Positions 14,633 through 27,766 of a DNA stretch of 32,000 nt are shown here, piece by piece (positions within the stretch are counted from its first letter, which is position 1; each line of letters begins with the position of its first letter). The translations under genes and the position numbers were made by a program. Origin of the DNA: Mesoplasma florum L1 (GTDB taxonomy: Bacteria; Bacillota_I; Bacilli_A; Mycoplasmatales; Mycoplasmataceae); contig NC_006055.1 of the NCBI RefSeq assembly GCF_000008305.1, positions 1 through 32,000 on the forward strand, written 5' to 3'. Under the pieces are notes generated by a model. It had not been told where the DNA came from. It worked only from the letters and a program-made list of their open reading frames with translations, and did no database searches.

Positions 14633-14634
14633 AC

Positions 14635-14662
14635 TACTTTCTATTTTTAGAAGTATTTTTTT
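14635..14662 (+). terminator. Probable intrinsic terminator after the regulator gene
   Basis: TACTTTCTA/TAGAAGTA stem with one bulged nucleotide, followed by a T-run. Confidence 0.5.
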
Positions 14663-14853
14663 TATTTCTTTCAGAATATATAAATATATTGTTTTTAGGG
14701 ATAATTAAATTAGAAGAGCTTTTATTAAAATATTTGTTCTTTCCACCATCTAAATAATTTAATAGATTGGTGTAAAAAATTAAATTAAAACGAAAAAAGA
14801 ATTTTAAAAATATAAGAAATATTAACGTTTTATTATTTATGAAGGAGTAAGAA

Positions 14854-16248
14854 ATGAATAAATTTCCAAAAGATTTTTTATGAGGTGCGTCAACAAGCGC
14901 TTATCAATTTGAAGGAGCTATTAAACAAGGTGGTAAAGTAAGTTCTATTATGGATAGATTTGACGAACAGCCGTCATATCCAAAAGGAATAACAGGTTTT
15001 AAAGAGGCTTCAGATCACTATAATCATTGAAAAGAAGATGTAAAACTTATGTCTGAAATGGGATTCAAATCATATAGATTTTCGATTTCATGACCAAGAA
15101 TTATTAAAAATAAGGAAGGTGAAATTAATAAAGAAGGAATTAAATTTTATAATGATTTAATTGATGAACTTTTTAAACATAAAATTGAACCAATAGTGAC
15201 AATGTTTCATTTTGATATACCAGATTTTATCCAAGAAATTGGTGGTGTATGTACTAACGAATTTACAAAACAATTTGAAATTTACTCAGAAGTTTTATTT
15301 AAAAATTTTGGTTCAAAAATTAAATATTGATTAACAATAAACGAATTGAATATGTTTGCTCTAGCAGGACAAATTATTGGTGTTGTCCCAAGCGATCAAA
15401 AGATTAATTCATGACAATTAATGCACCATTTAAATGTTGCACAAGCTAAAGCTATTGTATTGTGTAGAAAAATTTGTCCATCTGCAAAAATAGGGCCTGC
15501 GCCAAATATTTCAACTGTTTACCCAGATTCAAATAAACCATTAGACTATGTAGCAAAATTAAATTTAGACATGGTTAGAAATTGAGTTTACTTAGATATT
15601 GTTTGTAGAGGTGAATATAGTCCAATATTTATTAATGGATTAAAAAAAATGGGACTTGAAATTACTATCACGGAGGAAGAAAAACAAATTCTTAAAAATT
15701 CTAAACCTGATTTTATTGCATTTAATTATTATTCAACAATGACTGTTAAAATGCCTACTGAAGAAAGTTTAAAGAATACAAAAAAAGATCAACAACAAGG
15801 ATTATCTATGCCAGGTTTTGGCGAAAGTGTTAAGAATGATAAACTTGAAAAAACTCAATTTGGTTGAGAGATTGACCCAGTTGGTTTTAGAAATACATTA
15901 AGAGAAGTTTATGACAGATATCAACTTCCAATCATGATAACAGAAAATGGAATCGGTGCAAGAGATGTTCTTGAAGAAGACGGAAAAATTCATGATAACT
16001 ACAGAATAGAATACTATGAAAAACACATACAGCAAATGGCTCTTGCAATTGCTGATGGAGTTGAAATGATTGGTTACATGCCTTGAAGTGCTATCGACTT
16101 AGTTTCGACTCACGAAGGTATTTCAAAAAGATATGGATTTGTATATGTTAACAGAGATGAATTTGATTTAAAAGATATGAAAAGATATAAAAAAGATAGT
16201 TTTCATTGATATAAAGAATTAATTAAAAATAATGGTGAAAATATTTAG
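14854..16248 (+). CDS. GH1 family, 6-phospho-beta-glucosidase-like (464 aa)
   Basis: MNKFPKDFLWGASTSAYQFEGAIKQGGKVSSIMDRF..., YWLTINELN, LPIMITENGIGARD, GYMPWSAIDLVSTHEG; SD AAGGAG. Confidence 0.88.
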
Positions 16249-16263
16249 AGGAGATAGATACAT

Positions 16264-17718
16264 ATGACTAAAAAATTAGAATTTCCAAGCAATTTTTTAT
16301 GAGGTGGTGCTACTGCAGCATCTCAAATAGAAGGTGCTTATAATGTAGATGGAAAATCTCTTTCTGCTATTGAAATGATACCGTTTATTGAATTAAAAGA
16401 TAGAAAAGATTTATCACAAACAAGAAAGTTAACAACCCAAGATTTACTTGACTCTATTGAAAATAAAAAAGGTTTACATTACCCTAAAAGATTTGGAATA
16501 GACTTTTATCATAAATATAAAGAAGATATTGCTTTGTTTAAAGAAGCTGGAATGAAAGTGTTTAGAATGTCAGTTGCATGAACACGAATTTTTCCCAATG
16601 GAGATGAAACAGAACCTAATAGAAAAGGTCTAGAATTTTATAAAAACGTTTTTGAAGAATGCAAAAAACAAGGTTTAGAAATAATGGTAACTATAAATCA
16701 TTTTGACATGCCTTTTTCAATAATTCAAAAATATGGCGGATGAAAAAATAGACAAGTAATTGATATGTATTTTAAATACTCAAAAACTTTAATAGACGAA
16801 TTTCATAGCTATGTTAGATACTGATTACCTTTTAACGAAATCAATTTAGGTGTTTTATTTTCTGCAATGGGATTAGAGGGTAATAACGAAGAAAAAAGTT
16901 TAGCGGAAAGATTAGCAGGAACTTATCAGGATCTTCATAATCAATTTGTAGCGCAAGCAAAATTCATAGAGTATTCAAAAAAATTTAGTAATACAAAAGT
17001 TGGGTGTATGGTAGCAGATACAACAACATATGCAATTGATTGTAATCCAGTTAATGTTTTAGAAAATCAAAGAAAAGAACAAATGAAAAAGTTTTTTTAC
17101 TATGATGTTATGACAAAAGGAGAATATCCAAGCTATTCAAAAAGATACTTTAAAGAAAATGGGATTAATATTGTTAAAGAAAAAACAGATGATGAATTAC
17201 TTAAAAATAATACAGTTGAATTTTTATCATTCAGTTATTATATGTCTAGCACAATTGCTAAAGAAGAAGTTGAATTAACCGAGGGTAATTTAATGAAAAT
17301 GGGAAAAAATCCGTTTTTAGTTGCAACTGAATGAGGATGACAAATTGATCCTATTGGACTTAGATATTGCTTAAATCAGTTATGAGACAGATATCATTTA
17401 CCTTTATTTATTTCTGAAAATGGTATGGGTGTTTTAGAAACATTAAATGAAAATAATACTGTAGATGATGATTATCGAATTGAATATTTGAGTAGACACT
17501 TTGAACAAATGAGCGAAGCTATTAAAGACGGAGTAAATTTATTTGGATATACAATGTGAACACCTATTGATGTTGTTAGTGCAGGATCAAATGAAATGTC
17601 AAAAAGATATGGATTAATATTTGTAGATTATGATGATTATCATAGAGGAACAGGGAATAGATTTAAGAAAAAATCTTTTACTTGATTCCAAAACTTTATG
17701 AAAACAAGCGAAGTTTAA
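16264..17718 (+). CDS. GH1 family, 6-phospho-beta-glucosidase-like (484 aa), close paralog of 12376-13839
   Basis: [47 protein letters not shown]..., YWLPFNEINLG, LFISENGMGVLETLNEN; extensive similarity to the first copy. Confidence 0.88.
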
Positions 17719-17727
17719 GGAGATAAA

Positions 17728-18645
17728 ATGAAATATTATACTTTTGATATAGGTGGAACATCTACAAAGTACCTAATTTTTGAAGATAAAAAAGTTATTA
17801 AATCTGGCGTAATTGAGTATAAAGAACAAATGAAAGAAAAAGGTTCAATTAGAGACAAAATAACTTTAACTAAAATATTTGATGAAATATCAGTTATGCT
17901 TGAAAATGAAAGTATGGATTTTTGTTTAGGGCTATCAATTCCAGGTATTGTAGATAGTAAAAACCAAAAAATTTTAAGTGATTCTGGAATATCTGAAACA
18001 AATATCGATATTCAAGATTACTTTAAAAAATTTAAGAATATTATTAAATTAAGTATTGAAAACGATGCTAAATCAGCAGCATATGGTGAATTTTATTTTG
18101 GACAAGATCAAAAACCTATAAATATGGTACATCTGACTTTTGGTACAGGATTAGGTTGCGGAATTATTATAAATAAAGAAATTTATAGAACAATAAATCA
18201 TAAGGCCGGAGAAATTGGCAAAAGTTATTCAAACATAAATAGCACAGAGTCAGTTGTAGTAATGGACACAAGCGTTATTGCAATATTAATAAAATATAAA
18301 ATGGCAACAGGAAAAGAAATAAGTGGAAAAGAATTCTTTGAATTATACGAGAAAAAAGACCCTTTAGTTCAAAAATTAATGAAGGATTGAACATCAGCTG
18401 TTGCAAGAACCATTATTGGATTAGATTATAGTTTTGACTTTGATTTATTAACAATTGGTGGTGGCGTTAGCGATAATAAAATTTTTCAAAAACTTTTATT
18501 TGAAGAACTTGATTTAAATAAAGACTTTGAATTTATGGGAAATAAACTATCATCAAATGGTCAAACAATAAGCAAAGTAAAAATATCTAATTTAAAAAAT
18601 GATGCAGGTTGTTACGGAATGTTGGCAATTTTAAAACAAAATTAA
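17728..18645 (+). CDS. ROK family sugar kinase (305 aa), beta-glucoside kinase or glucokinase-like
   Basis: MKYYTFDIGGTSTKYLIFE, LSIPGIVD, IENDAKSAAYGE, LTFGTGLGCGIIINKEIYRTINHKAGEIG, LLTIGGGVS; lacks the CxCGxxGC zinc motif of typical ROK glucokinases. Confidence 0.8.
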
Positions 18646-18646
18646 T

Positions 18647-18683
18647 AAAAAAACAAAGTTTAAAATTAAGACTTTGTTTTTTA
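18647..18683. terminator. Bidirectional terminator between convergent ROK kinase and mnmE
   Basis: AAAAACAAAGT-(11 nt)-ACTTTGTTTTT. Confidence 0.75.
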
Positions 18684-20039
18684 TTTACCTAAACAATACT
18701 TTTTGAATATATTATCAATTATTTCTTCGTCATATTGCTCACCAATTAATTGATTTAAATAATCTCAAGCTTCATGAAGATCAACATTAACAATATCAAT
18801 TGGCATACCACCAATAATTGCGTTTAAAGATTTTTCAAGTCTGTCTTTTACTTGCTCAACAAGAGTTATTTGCTGTAAATTAATTAGTATTAAAGAATCG
18901 TTATTTATTATCTCTTCATTTATATGCATTTGTTCAATTTTCATTATTAAGTTATCTATGTCATTATTAATCGCGCTAGTATAGACAAAATTATTATGTA
19001 AGTCTTTAATTTTATTTCTCTCTATGTCATTAATAAATTCACTTTTATTAAATACAAGTATGTAATTTTTGTTTTCTAATTTGTCAAAAATCATTTTATT
19101 TTCTTCATCATTAATTGATTTGAAATCAACAACAAATAAAACTAGTTCTGCTTCATCAATAATTTTTAATGATTTTTCAATTCCAAGACCTTCTACAATA
19201 TCAGTTGTTTCTCTAATACCGGCTGTATCAATTAAATTTAAACTTATATTTTCTAAATTAATTTCTCCAGTTACAATGTCTCTTGTTGTACCATGAATGT
19301 CTGTGACTATTGCTTTATCCTCATTTAATAATGCATTTAATAATGAAGACTTTCCAACATTTGTTTTACCAACAATAGCAGTTTTTATACCATTAGTATT
19401 TTTAATGGCCATTTTTGATCTTTTTAATAAATTGTTAACTTCTTCATTTATGCCAGATAAGGCTTTTGCTAATTCAGGAATACTGCTTCCCTCAACATCG
19501 TCATAATCAGGATAATCAATTGAAACTTGAATTCTAGAAATAATGTCTAATAAATTACCTTTTAGATTTATAATACTTTGATTATGGGCGCCACTCATAT
19601 TATTAACACCAATCTTTAAAGCTAATTCATTTTTAGCGAAGATTAAATCATTAATACCCTCAGCTTGAATTAAATCTATTTTATTGTTTAAAAATGCTCT
19701 TTGACTAAATTCACCTTTATTAGCCATTCTTGCGCCATTCTTGATAATTAAATTGATTATTCTCTGAGTGTTTAAAATACCCCCATGACAAGCAATTTCA
19801 ACAACGTTTTCACCTGTAAAGCTTGCAGGAGAAACAAATGATGTTATAACAACTTCATCAACCAACTCTTGACCATCAAACATTTTTCTAACTCAAACAT
19901 TTTTTTCTTCTTTAATTTTTGTTTTTAATAATTTATTAATAATGTTAAAACTGTCATCACCACTAATTCTAATTAATGAAATAGCTTGTGTTGATATATT
20001 AGTTGTTGGTGCTACTATAGTTTGATTTAAATTGTTCAT
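18681..20039 (-). CDS. mnmE: tRNA uridine-5-carboxymethylaminomethyl(34) synthesis GTPase MnmE (452 aa)
   Basis: [68 protein letters not shown]-terminal CLGK. The track ORF 18765-19883 is only the internal part. Confidence 0.95.
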
Positions 20040-20087
20040 GTAGATCTCCTGTCTTTATTACTTATTATACTATTTTAACAATAAAAA

Positions 20088-20103
20088 AGATTCCGAAGAA
20101 TCT
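20088..20103 (-). terminator. Intrinsic terminator of the YfcC-like gene
   Basis: Minus strand AGATTC-TTCG-GAATCT followed by TTTTTT. Confidence 0.7.
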
Positions 20104-20110
20104 AATTGAA

Positions 20111-21676
20111 TTAAGCAATATTACCGCCAATAGCACCACCAATTGAAATCATAACAATTGAAAGTATAAATAGAATAACTAATATAGGTCACATAACTTT
20201 AAAGAATTTTGTGTAATCTATTTTTGCAATACCAATAGCAGCCATTATAATACCCGATGTTGGCGTGAATAGATTTATGAATCCGTTTGCCATAGAAAAG
20301 GCAGTTATAGAACCACTAGCCAATACATCTGAGTCTTTTGCAAGAACTCCTCCTAGTAATGGGAATACTGCTCTTGCAAACCCTGATGTTGAAGGAATAA
20401 ATAATGAAAGAGGAATAAATAATATAAATAGAATAATTAGAATACCTATTGATGAATTAATTCCACCAATTGAACTAGCTAAACCAGAAACAACTAATTG
20501 TTGTATAAGTGATTTTTCAAGTGCTCAACCAATTCCACCTGCAACAGCAATAACTAAACAAACTCCAAATAAATCTTTGGCTCCAGCCATAAATTGATCT
20601 AAGAAACCATCTTCACCTAATCCATTAACTAATCCAAGCACAATTGAAGATAATAAGAAAATTGCTGAAACAACAATAAATCCACCATTTCCAAAACCTT
20701 CAGCTTGACTTGATAAATAGGGAATGTGTGTATTTATTCATTCTCCAAATTTATAAAAAGGCCCATAACTTGTTTTGTTATCATAACCTAAAATACTATC
20801 TCAACCAACCATATAGAAAATCATTAAAATAAATGTTAATCCAAAAAATACTAAAGTTAATTTTCTTTTTCAATTCATGTCTATTTTTTCAGCTGCTTCA
20901 TTTAAAAAGAATTTTTTATCTTCTTCCATTGTTTTGAAAACAACTGATTTTTGAGGATTCATTTTAACTCTTCATGAATATCACATTACAAAAATTATAG
21001 ATGCAGTTGTCATAACAAATCAAGATGTAAGTCTTCAAACTAAACCATCACCAACAGATGTTTCAATGCCAGCACCAGAACCATTTATTGTATCAACAGC
21101 AACCCCAATTGCAAAAGGATTAACTGTTGAGTTCATTACACCAACACCAGCACCAAGTAAAACAATCATAAAACCAGTTAATTTATCAAAACCAGCTGCC
21201 ATCATTAAAGGAATACAAATCATATAGAATCCTAAAGATTCTTCTGCCATACCTTCTGCACTACCAACTATAGAGAAGAAGACCATTAAAGGTATAATCG
21301 CTCATATTTCTTTACCTTTTAATGCAGATGTTATATTTTGCGAAAATCCTTCTAATGCTTTAGAACAAATAACAATATTTAAAAATCCTCCTAAAGCAAC
21401 TAAGAAAACAATAATCTCAGCGCCACTGACAAATCCATTAATAGGAGCAATAAATAAATCAAATATTCCTAAAGCAACAATATCATGTGATTCATTTTTG
21501 TCATCGATAACACTAACACCACTTCATTTTAGAATTCAGCTTATAAAAATAATAAATGCAATGATTAACAAAAGAATTGTAAAAGCGGAAAGCATTTTAA
21601 ATTGTTTTTTTTCTTTTGTTGATGGAACATCTTTATTTTTTTTGAAAGGATTTTTTATTTTAAAATCGTTTTTCAT
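20111..21676 (-). CDS. YfcC family / DcuC-like ion or basic amino acid transporter (521 aa)
   Basis: Minus-strand translation contains KALEGFSQNITSALKGKEIWAIIPLMVFFSIVGSAEGMAEESLGFYMICIPLMMAAGFDKLTGFMIVLLGAGVGVMNSTVNPFAIGVAVD; many hydrophobic helices. Confidence 0.75.
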
Positions 21677-21729
21677 TAGAATTGACCCCAATCTTTAAAA
21701 TTTATTAAGTAAAATGATTATATAAAAAA

Positions 21730-21750
21730 AAGAGTACTTTTAGTACCCTT
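21730..21750 (-). terminator. Intrinsic terminator of the APC permease gene
   Basis: Minus strand AAGGGTACT-AAA-AGTACTCTT followed by a T-run (one G:U pair). Confidence 0.6.
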
Positions 21751-21758
21751 GAAATATA

Positions 21759-23372
21759 TTAATTTTCTTTTCTTTTAAAAACCTTATTTTTTAAATAGAT
21801 TAAATCAGTTTTTATACTTATGCTATCTTCAATTTCAATGTTTGGGTTGATTTCTCCATCTCACCCATCCAAATATGGATCTTTCTTAAATTTGTATTCT
21901 TGAATTAAGAAAACAATAACATTAATAGTTAAAGAAACCACTAAGATAATTAAGAATCACATTCCTGACTGAGTTATTCCTCAGTCACCTTTAGCAATGT
22001 TTTTTGGCTCTCAAATAAATGCGAAAATTCCAAAGAAAATAAATATAGCCATAAAGAGTGAAGAAATAATCCCACAAACCATAAATAATTTAGTTTGTTC
22101 AACTTTAACTTTCTTTGTGAATCTATTAACAACACCTGCTACCATAACAGCTAATACCATTATAAAAACTAATGCACTAGTTCCAGAAGAAAACCAATTT
22201 ATATAATCAGTTGGTCTATTTAATAACTCTTCTACATTTTCAATGCTTCCTGAGCCAACGGCTGAACCTATTCCATCTCATCCATCTCTTGTTGTAGAAA
22301 TACCTATAGTTATTAGGAAAGTGTAAGCAACAATAAAAATTATTAATTGTATGAAACCAGCTTCTTTATAGTTCATACTTCTTTTTTTTGTATAAATTGT
22401 TTTATTGTTAGCATCAGATGCTAAATCAACTATAGCGATATCAACGAATATGTTTGATCCTAATAAACATATACTCATCAGTATTAAGTTTGAGATAATT
22501 CTGGCAGCAGCACTTTCTTTACCACCTAACATTTTTTCTAATAACTTAACAATTGATCCATCTGGAGAACCCATAAACAATGATAAGGCCATTAGTACAT
22601 AAAATATAGCAACAAATATCATACCTGCGAATAAAGCTTTTGGAACAACATCTTTATTTGTTGCAGTTTTTTGTGCATTAGCAATATATACATATCCATC
22701 AAATGCAAATAAAATACCACCAAATCCACCTAGGAAAAGTATTGGTGATCATTCATTTGTTCCTCATGTATTTTTGTCAATTCCACCATTTCATCATGCA
22801 CTTGTACCACCTGTTTTATCAATTAAAATAAAACCTGCAATAAACGCAATTAGTAAAGGTAAAAATTTAATTAAAATACCGACAACTTGAATTTTTCTGT
22901 TAATAAATCTTTTATAGATAGACAAAATTGTACAAGTAATAAATATACTTATCCCAACAACTAAATAAATTAGTAATTGTTGATAAGGTGTAATTGGAGC
23001 ACCAATTGCTAATAATAAATAGTTAACAGCTCCAGCCACAAAAACACTTTGTGTGCTGGGTATATAAACTCATCCATACATAATAGAGAAAAAAGAAGCA
23101 GTTTTTCTATTTATAAATATTTTAGCTCAGTTCCCCAATGTACCATTACCAAAATGTTTTGTTGATGATGAAATTTCAATAAAAACAATCATTGACATGA
23201 TACAAATAACACCAACAAAGGATCAAAGAATTAATGCAATTATTGGGTTGTTTGTTTGATTTAATAATTCACTATTTTTCATATAAATACCAGAACCAAT
23301 TACAGTTCCAATAACCATTACAAAAAGAGTTAAAAATTCAAACGTTTTAGTTTTAGTTTTTTTAGTATTCAT
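21759..23372 (-). CDS. APC superfamily amino acid permease (537 aa)
   Basis: MNTKKTKTKTFELLTLFVMVIGTVIGSGIYMKN...FGNGTLGNWAKIF...; the track sees only TGA-separated fragments. Confidence 0.78.
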
Positions 23373-23440
23373 TGTTTTAACTTTCTATAAGATTAAAAAT
23401 AATTGTAATATAAAATTTTTAAAAGTGAAAACAAAATAAA

Positions 23441-23457
23441 AAAACACTCTAAGTGTT

Positions 23458-23459
<2 letters not shown>
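23441..23459 (-). terminator. Intrinsic terminator of serS
   Basis: Perfect 8-bp AAAACACT/AGTGTTTT stem with a T-run on the minus strand. Confidence 0.65.
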
Positions 23460-24726
<1,267 letters not shown>

Positions 24727-24874
24727 TTTTCCTCCAAGATCACTATGTGATTGCTATTTAAAATTATAATACAAATTAAGTTATAAAAAATCTATTCTTA
24801 TTAGATAGAAAGCTATAATGTAATATTTATTATAAAAATAAGGTAAAATTTAAAAATGTATAGGAGATGTTTAA

Positions 24875-25738
24875 ATGGATTTACAAGTAAGGGCGATAAG
24901 CCATAAACATAACGCAAAAATAGCAATAGTAGATATTAGTGAAAGTATGAGAGAGATTTGTGATTTACAAAAAACAAATCCATTCATTAGTATTGCATTA
25001 TCAAAATTCACTTTAGGTAATACATTGATTTCTTTAGATAATAAAGAGCTTGCAAAAATTAATTCAAACTATGTTTCAAAAAATGGAGCAGTTAAAAAAA
25101 TGATTGCTGAATTTCAAAACAATAAAGTTAGAGCATATGCACAAGTTAAAGATTTTGATATAGAAGAATATATTCCTAGATTAAGTAATAATCCTGTTTA
25201 TGCCACCGTTGGTACTGAGGGACAATTATTAAATAGTAGAGATATGGGATTAAAAGAACCATATATTTCAACAATTAATACAGATTCTCCAAATATGGAT
25301 CATATTTGAATGGATTTTTTAAGAGATAGTAATCAAGTTGGTTCTCTTTTAACTAGTGAAGTTAAATTGGATGATGAATTAAAAATAAAAAAAGTTGTAG
25401 GTATATTAATTCAATTACTACCAGAACACACTCAAGAAGATATAGACTTGCTTGACTCAAAGTTAGGTAATACAAAATTTATTTGTGAAGTATTGATGAA
25501 ATCAACAAATTATAACCAGGTTATAAAAGAAATATTCGAAGATGCAGTTATATTAGAAAGCAAGCAAATTATTTTTGAGTGCACTTGCAATGATAATAAA
25601 ATATTAGATTCAGTAAAATTATTGGGACAAAATGAAATTCAGCAATTAATAGAGAATAAAGAAGATGTCCAAGTTATCTGTGATTTTTGTAACAAAGAAT
25701 ACATTGTAAATAATCAAAATCTTAAAAACTTAATATAA
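24875..25738 (+). CDS. hslO: Redox-regulated chaperone Hsp33 (287 aa)
   Basis: MDLQVRAISHKHNAKIAIVDIS...; C-terminal FECTCND...VICDFCNKEY gives the CxC/CxxC zinc motif; two track ORFs joined by TGA=Trp. Confidence 0.9.
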
Positions 25739-25860
25739 AAATAACAATAGATTGGCCTTTTATTTTGCCAAAAATCTTTTGTTTTTTTATTTAAATGTTA
25801 AAATTATTAAGATATTGTTTTAACATTTTATAAATTTTTAAGGAAAGAATAGGGATAATA

Positions 25861-27675
25861 ATGGCTAATAACAAAAAAAACACAAACACAAATACTTGAT
25901 CAAAAGCCACAAATACAAAGGCTGTTAATGCTCAAAAAGCTAATCAAGTTAAAAATGAATCAGCACATAATAAAGAAATAGTTGATAAATATAAAGAAGC
26001 TATCAATTCAACAAATAAAAACTCTAAACAACCAACTAAAAAAGTTGTTGAACCAAAAACTTCAACAGTTGTAGCAAATTCAAATACAAAAAAACCTTTA
26101 TCAAAAAGTGAAGAAAAATTAATTAATAAGATAAATGAAAAAGAATTAATAAAGCAAAAGATTGCTGAAGATAAAAAATTGAAAAAACAAAATAAAGCAG
26201 AAGCTAAAAGGATTTATCAAGAACAAATTAAACAAGAAAAAAACAGAATTTTATTGGAAAAACAAGAAAAAGATCTAAAACAAATACAAGAAGCGGAAGC
26301 AAAGGCCAAAAAAATGGAAGCTGAAAGAATAGCAGACGCTAAAAAATTAGCTCTTGAAGAAAAAGCGGCGAAGCAAGCAGAAAAAGCTCAAGCTAAAAAA
26401 ATGGAAGCTGAAAGAATAGCTTTAGAGAAAAAAGCTGCTGCAGAAAAAGCGAAAGCAGAAAAGCAAGCAGAAGCTGAAAGAATAGCAGCCGCTAAAAAAT
26501 TAGCTCTTGAAGAAAAAGAAAGAGAAAAATTAATTGAAGCTCAAAAATTAATTGAAGAGAAAAAAGCTGCAGAAAATGCTAAGAAAATTGAAGATGAAAA
26601 AATTCAAAAAGAATTAAAAACAAAAGCAGAATTTGAAGCAAAACAAAAAGAAACAGAAAATAAAAAAATAGCAAAAGAAGAGAGAACAAACATGGGACAA
26701 ACTCAAACTGAAAAAACACCTAAAGTAGGTAAAAATTCAAAAACTTCTGAAGCTAGAGAAATTCAAGTTTTTGAACCAACAGCAGAATCTGAAGCAAAAC
26801 GTGAATTTATTGAAATTGATCCTAAAACAAACTTTGATAAAGGTGTTAAAGGTTTAAAACAAAAAAATAAATATCAAAAACAGTTAACAAGCAAATATTC
26901 TAAAGATATTTTAAGTGAAGGTACTATTGTTACAACAACAAACTGTAAACCAAATACTTTAGAACATATTATTGAATTAAAAGATGTTAGAAAATCATAT
27001 ATTACAGGGGACTTAGAAACACCTATTTTAAAAGGTATTGATGTCAAATTAGATAAAGGTGATTTCATCGTTATCTTAGGACCATCAGGTTCTGGAAAAA
27101 CAACCTTCTTAAACGTTATCTCTGGATTAGATAAAGCAACTGAGGGTGATGTATTCATTTTAGGTTCAAACTTATCTTTATTAAAAGATTCACATTTAAC
27201 AAAATTTAGAAGAAGAAATGTAGGATTTATTTTCCAACAATATAACTTATTAACAAATTTAACTTCAAAAGAAAATGCTGAAGTTGGACAAAACCTTGCG
27301 AATAAAAATAAACAAGGAATGAGCATTGAAGAAATTTTTGAAACAATTGGAATGAAAGAACAAATGAATAAGTACCCTCATCAAATGTCAGGGGGGCAAC
27401 AACAAAGGGTTTCTATTGCTAGAGCTTTAGCTAAAAATCCTGAAATATTGTTTGCCGATGAGCCAACAGGTGCGTTAGATGAAGAAATGGGACGTAAAGT
27501 TTTAGAAATTTTAGTAAAAGTTAACCGTGAGCAAAAAACAACAGTTGTTGTAGTTACTCATAACCCTAACATTGCAAAAATAGCTAATACTGTAATTCAT
27601 ATTAAAAACGGATTAATTGACAGTTTAGAAAAAAACTCAAAACCTGCTGATCCAAAAACTATTGAATGATCATAA
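25861..27675 (+). CDS. ABC transporter ATP-binding protein of the LolD/MacB type (604 aa) with a ~365-aa Lys/Glu/Ala-rich coiled-coil N-terminal extension; no fused permease
   Basis: C-terminal ATPase: IELKDVRKSYITGDLETPILKGIDVKLDKGDFIVILGPSGSGKTTFLN, QQYNLL, MSGGQQQRVSIARALAKNPEILFADEPTGALDEEMG. N-terminus has AEAKAKKMEAERIA-type heptads. ATG 25861 is in frame with track ORF 26179. Confidence 0.85.
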
Positions 27676-27679
27676 AAAT

Positions 27680-27703
27680 GAACCTATAATGGTTCTTTTT
27701 TTT
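27680..27703 (+). terminator. Intrinsic terminator after the ABC ATPase gene
   Basis: GAACC-tataat-GGTTC followed by a T-run. Confidence 0.65.
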
Positions 27704-27766
27704 GTTTTTATCAATAATAAGTCTTATAATTAAAATATTATATAAAAAGAAAGATGTTGAAATAAA

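Noticed and set aside
19069-19506. Plus-strand ORFs of 75 and 69 aa
   Set aside because: Antisense to the GTPase domain of mnmE.
20265-22602. Plus-strand ORFs at 20265, 21498, 21997 and 22405
   Set aside because: Antisense to the two membrane transporter genes; reverse complements of hydrophobic coding sequence.
26874-27326. Minus-strand 150-aa ORF
   Set aside because: Antisense to the ABC ATPase domain, whose Walker A, signature and Walker B motifs are intact on the plus strand.
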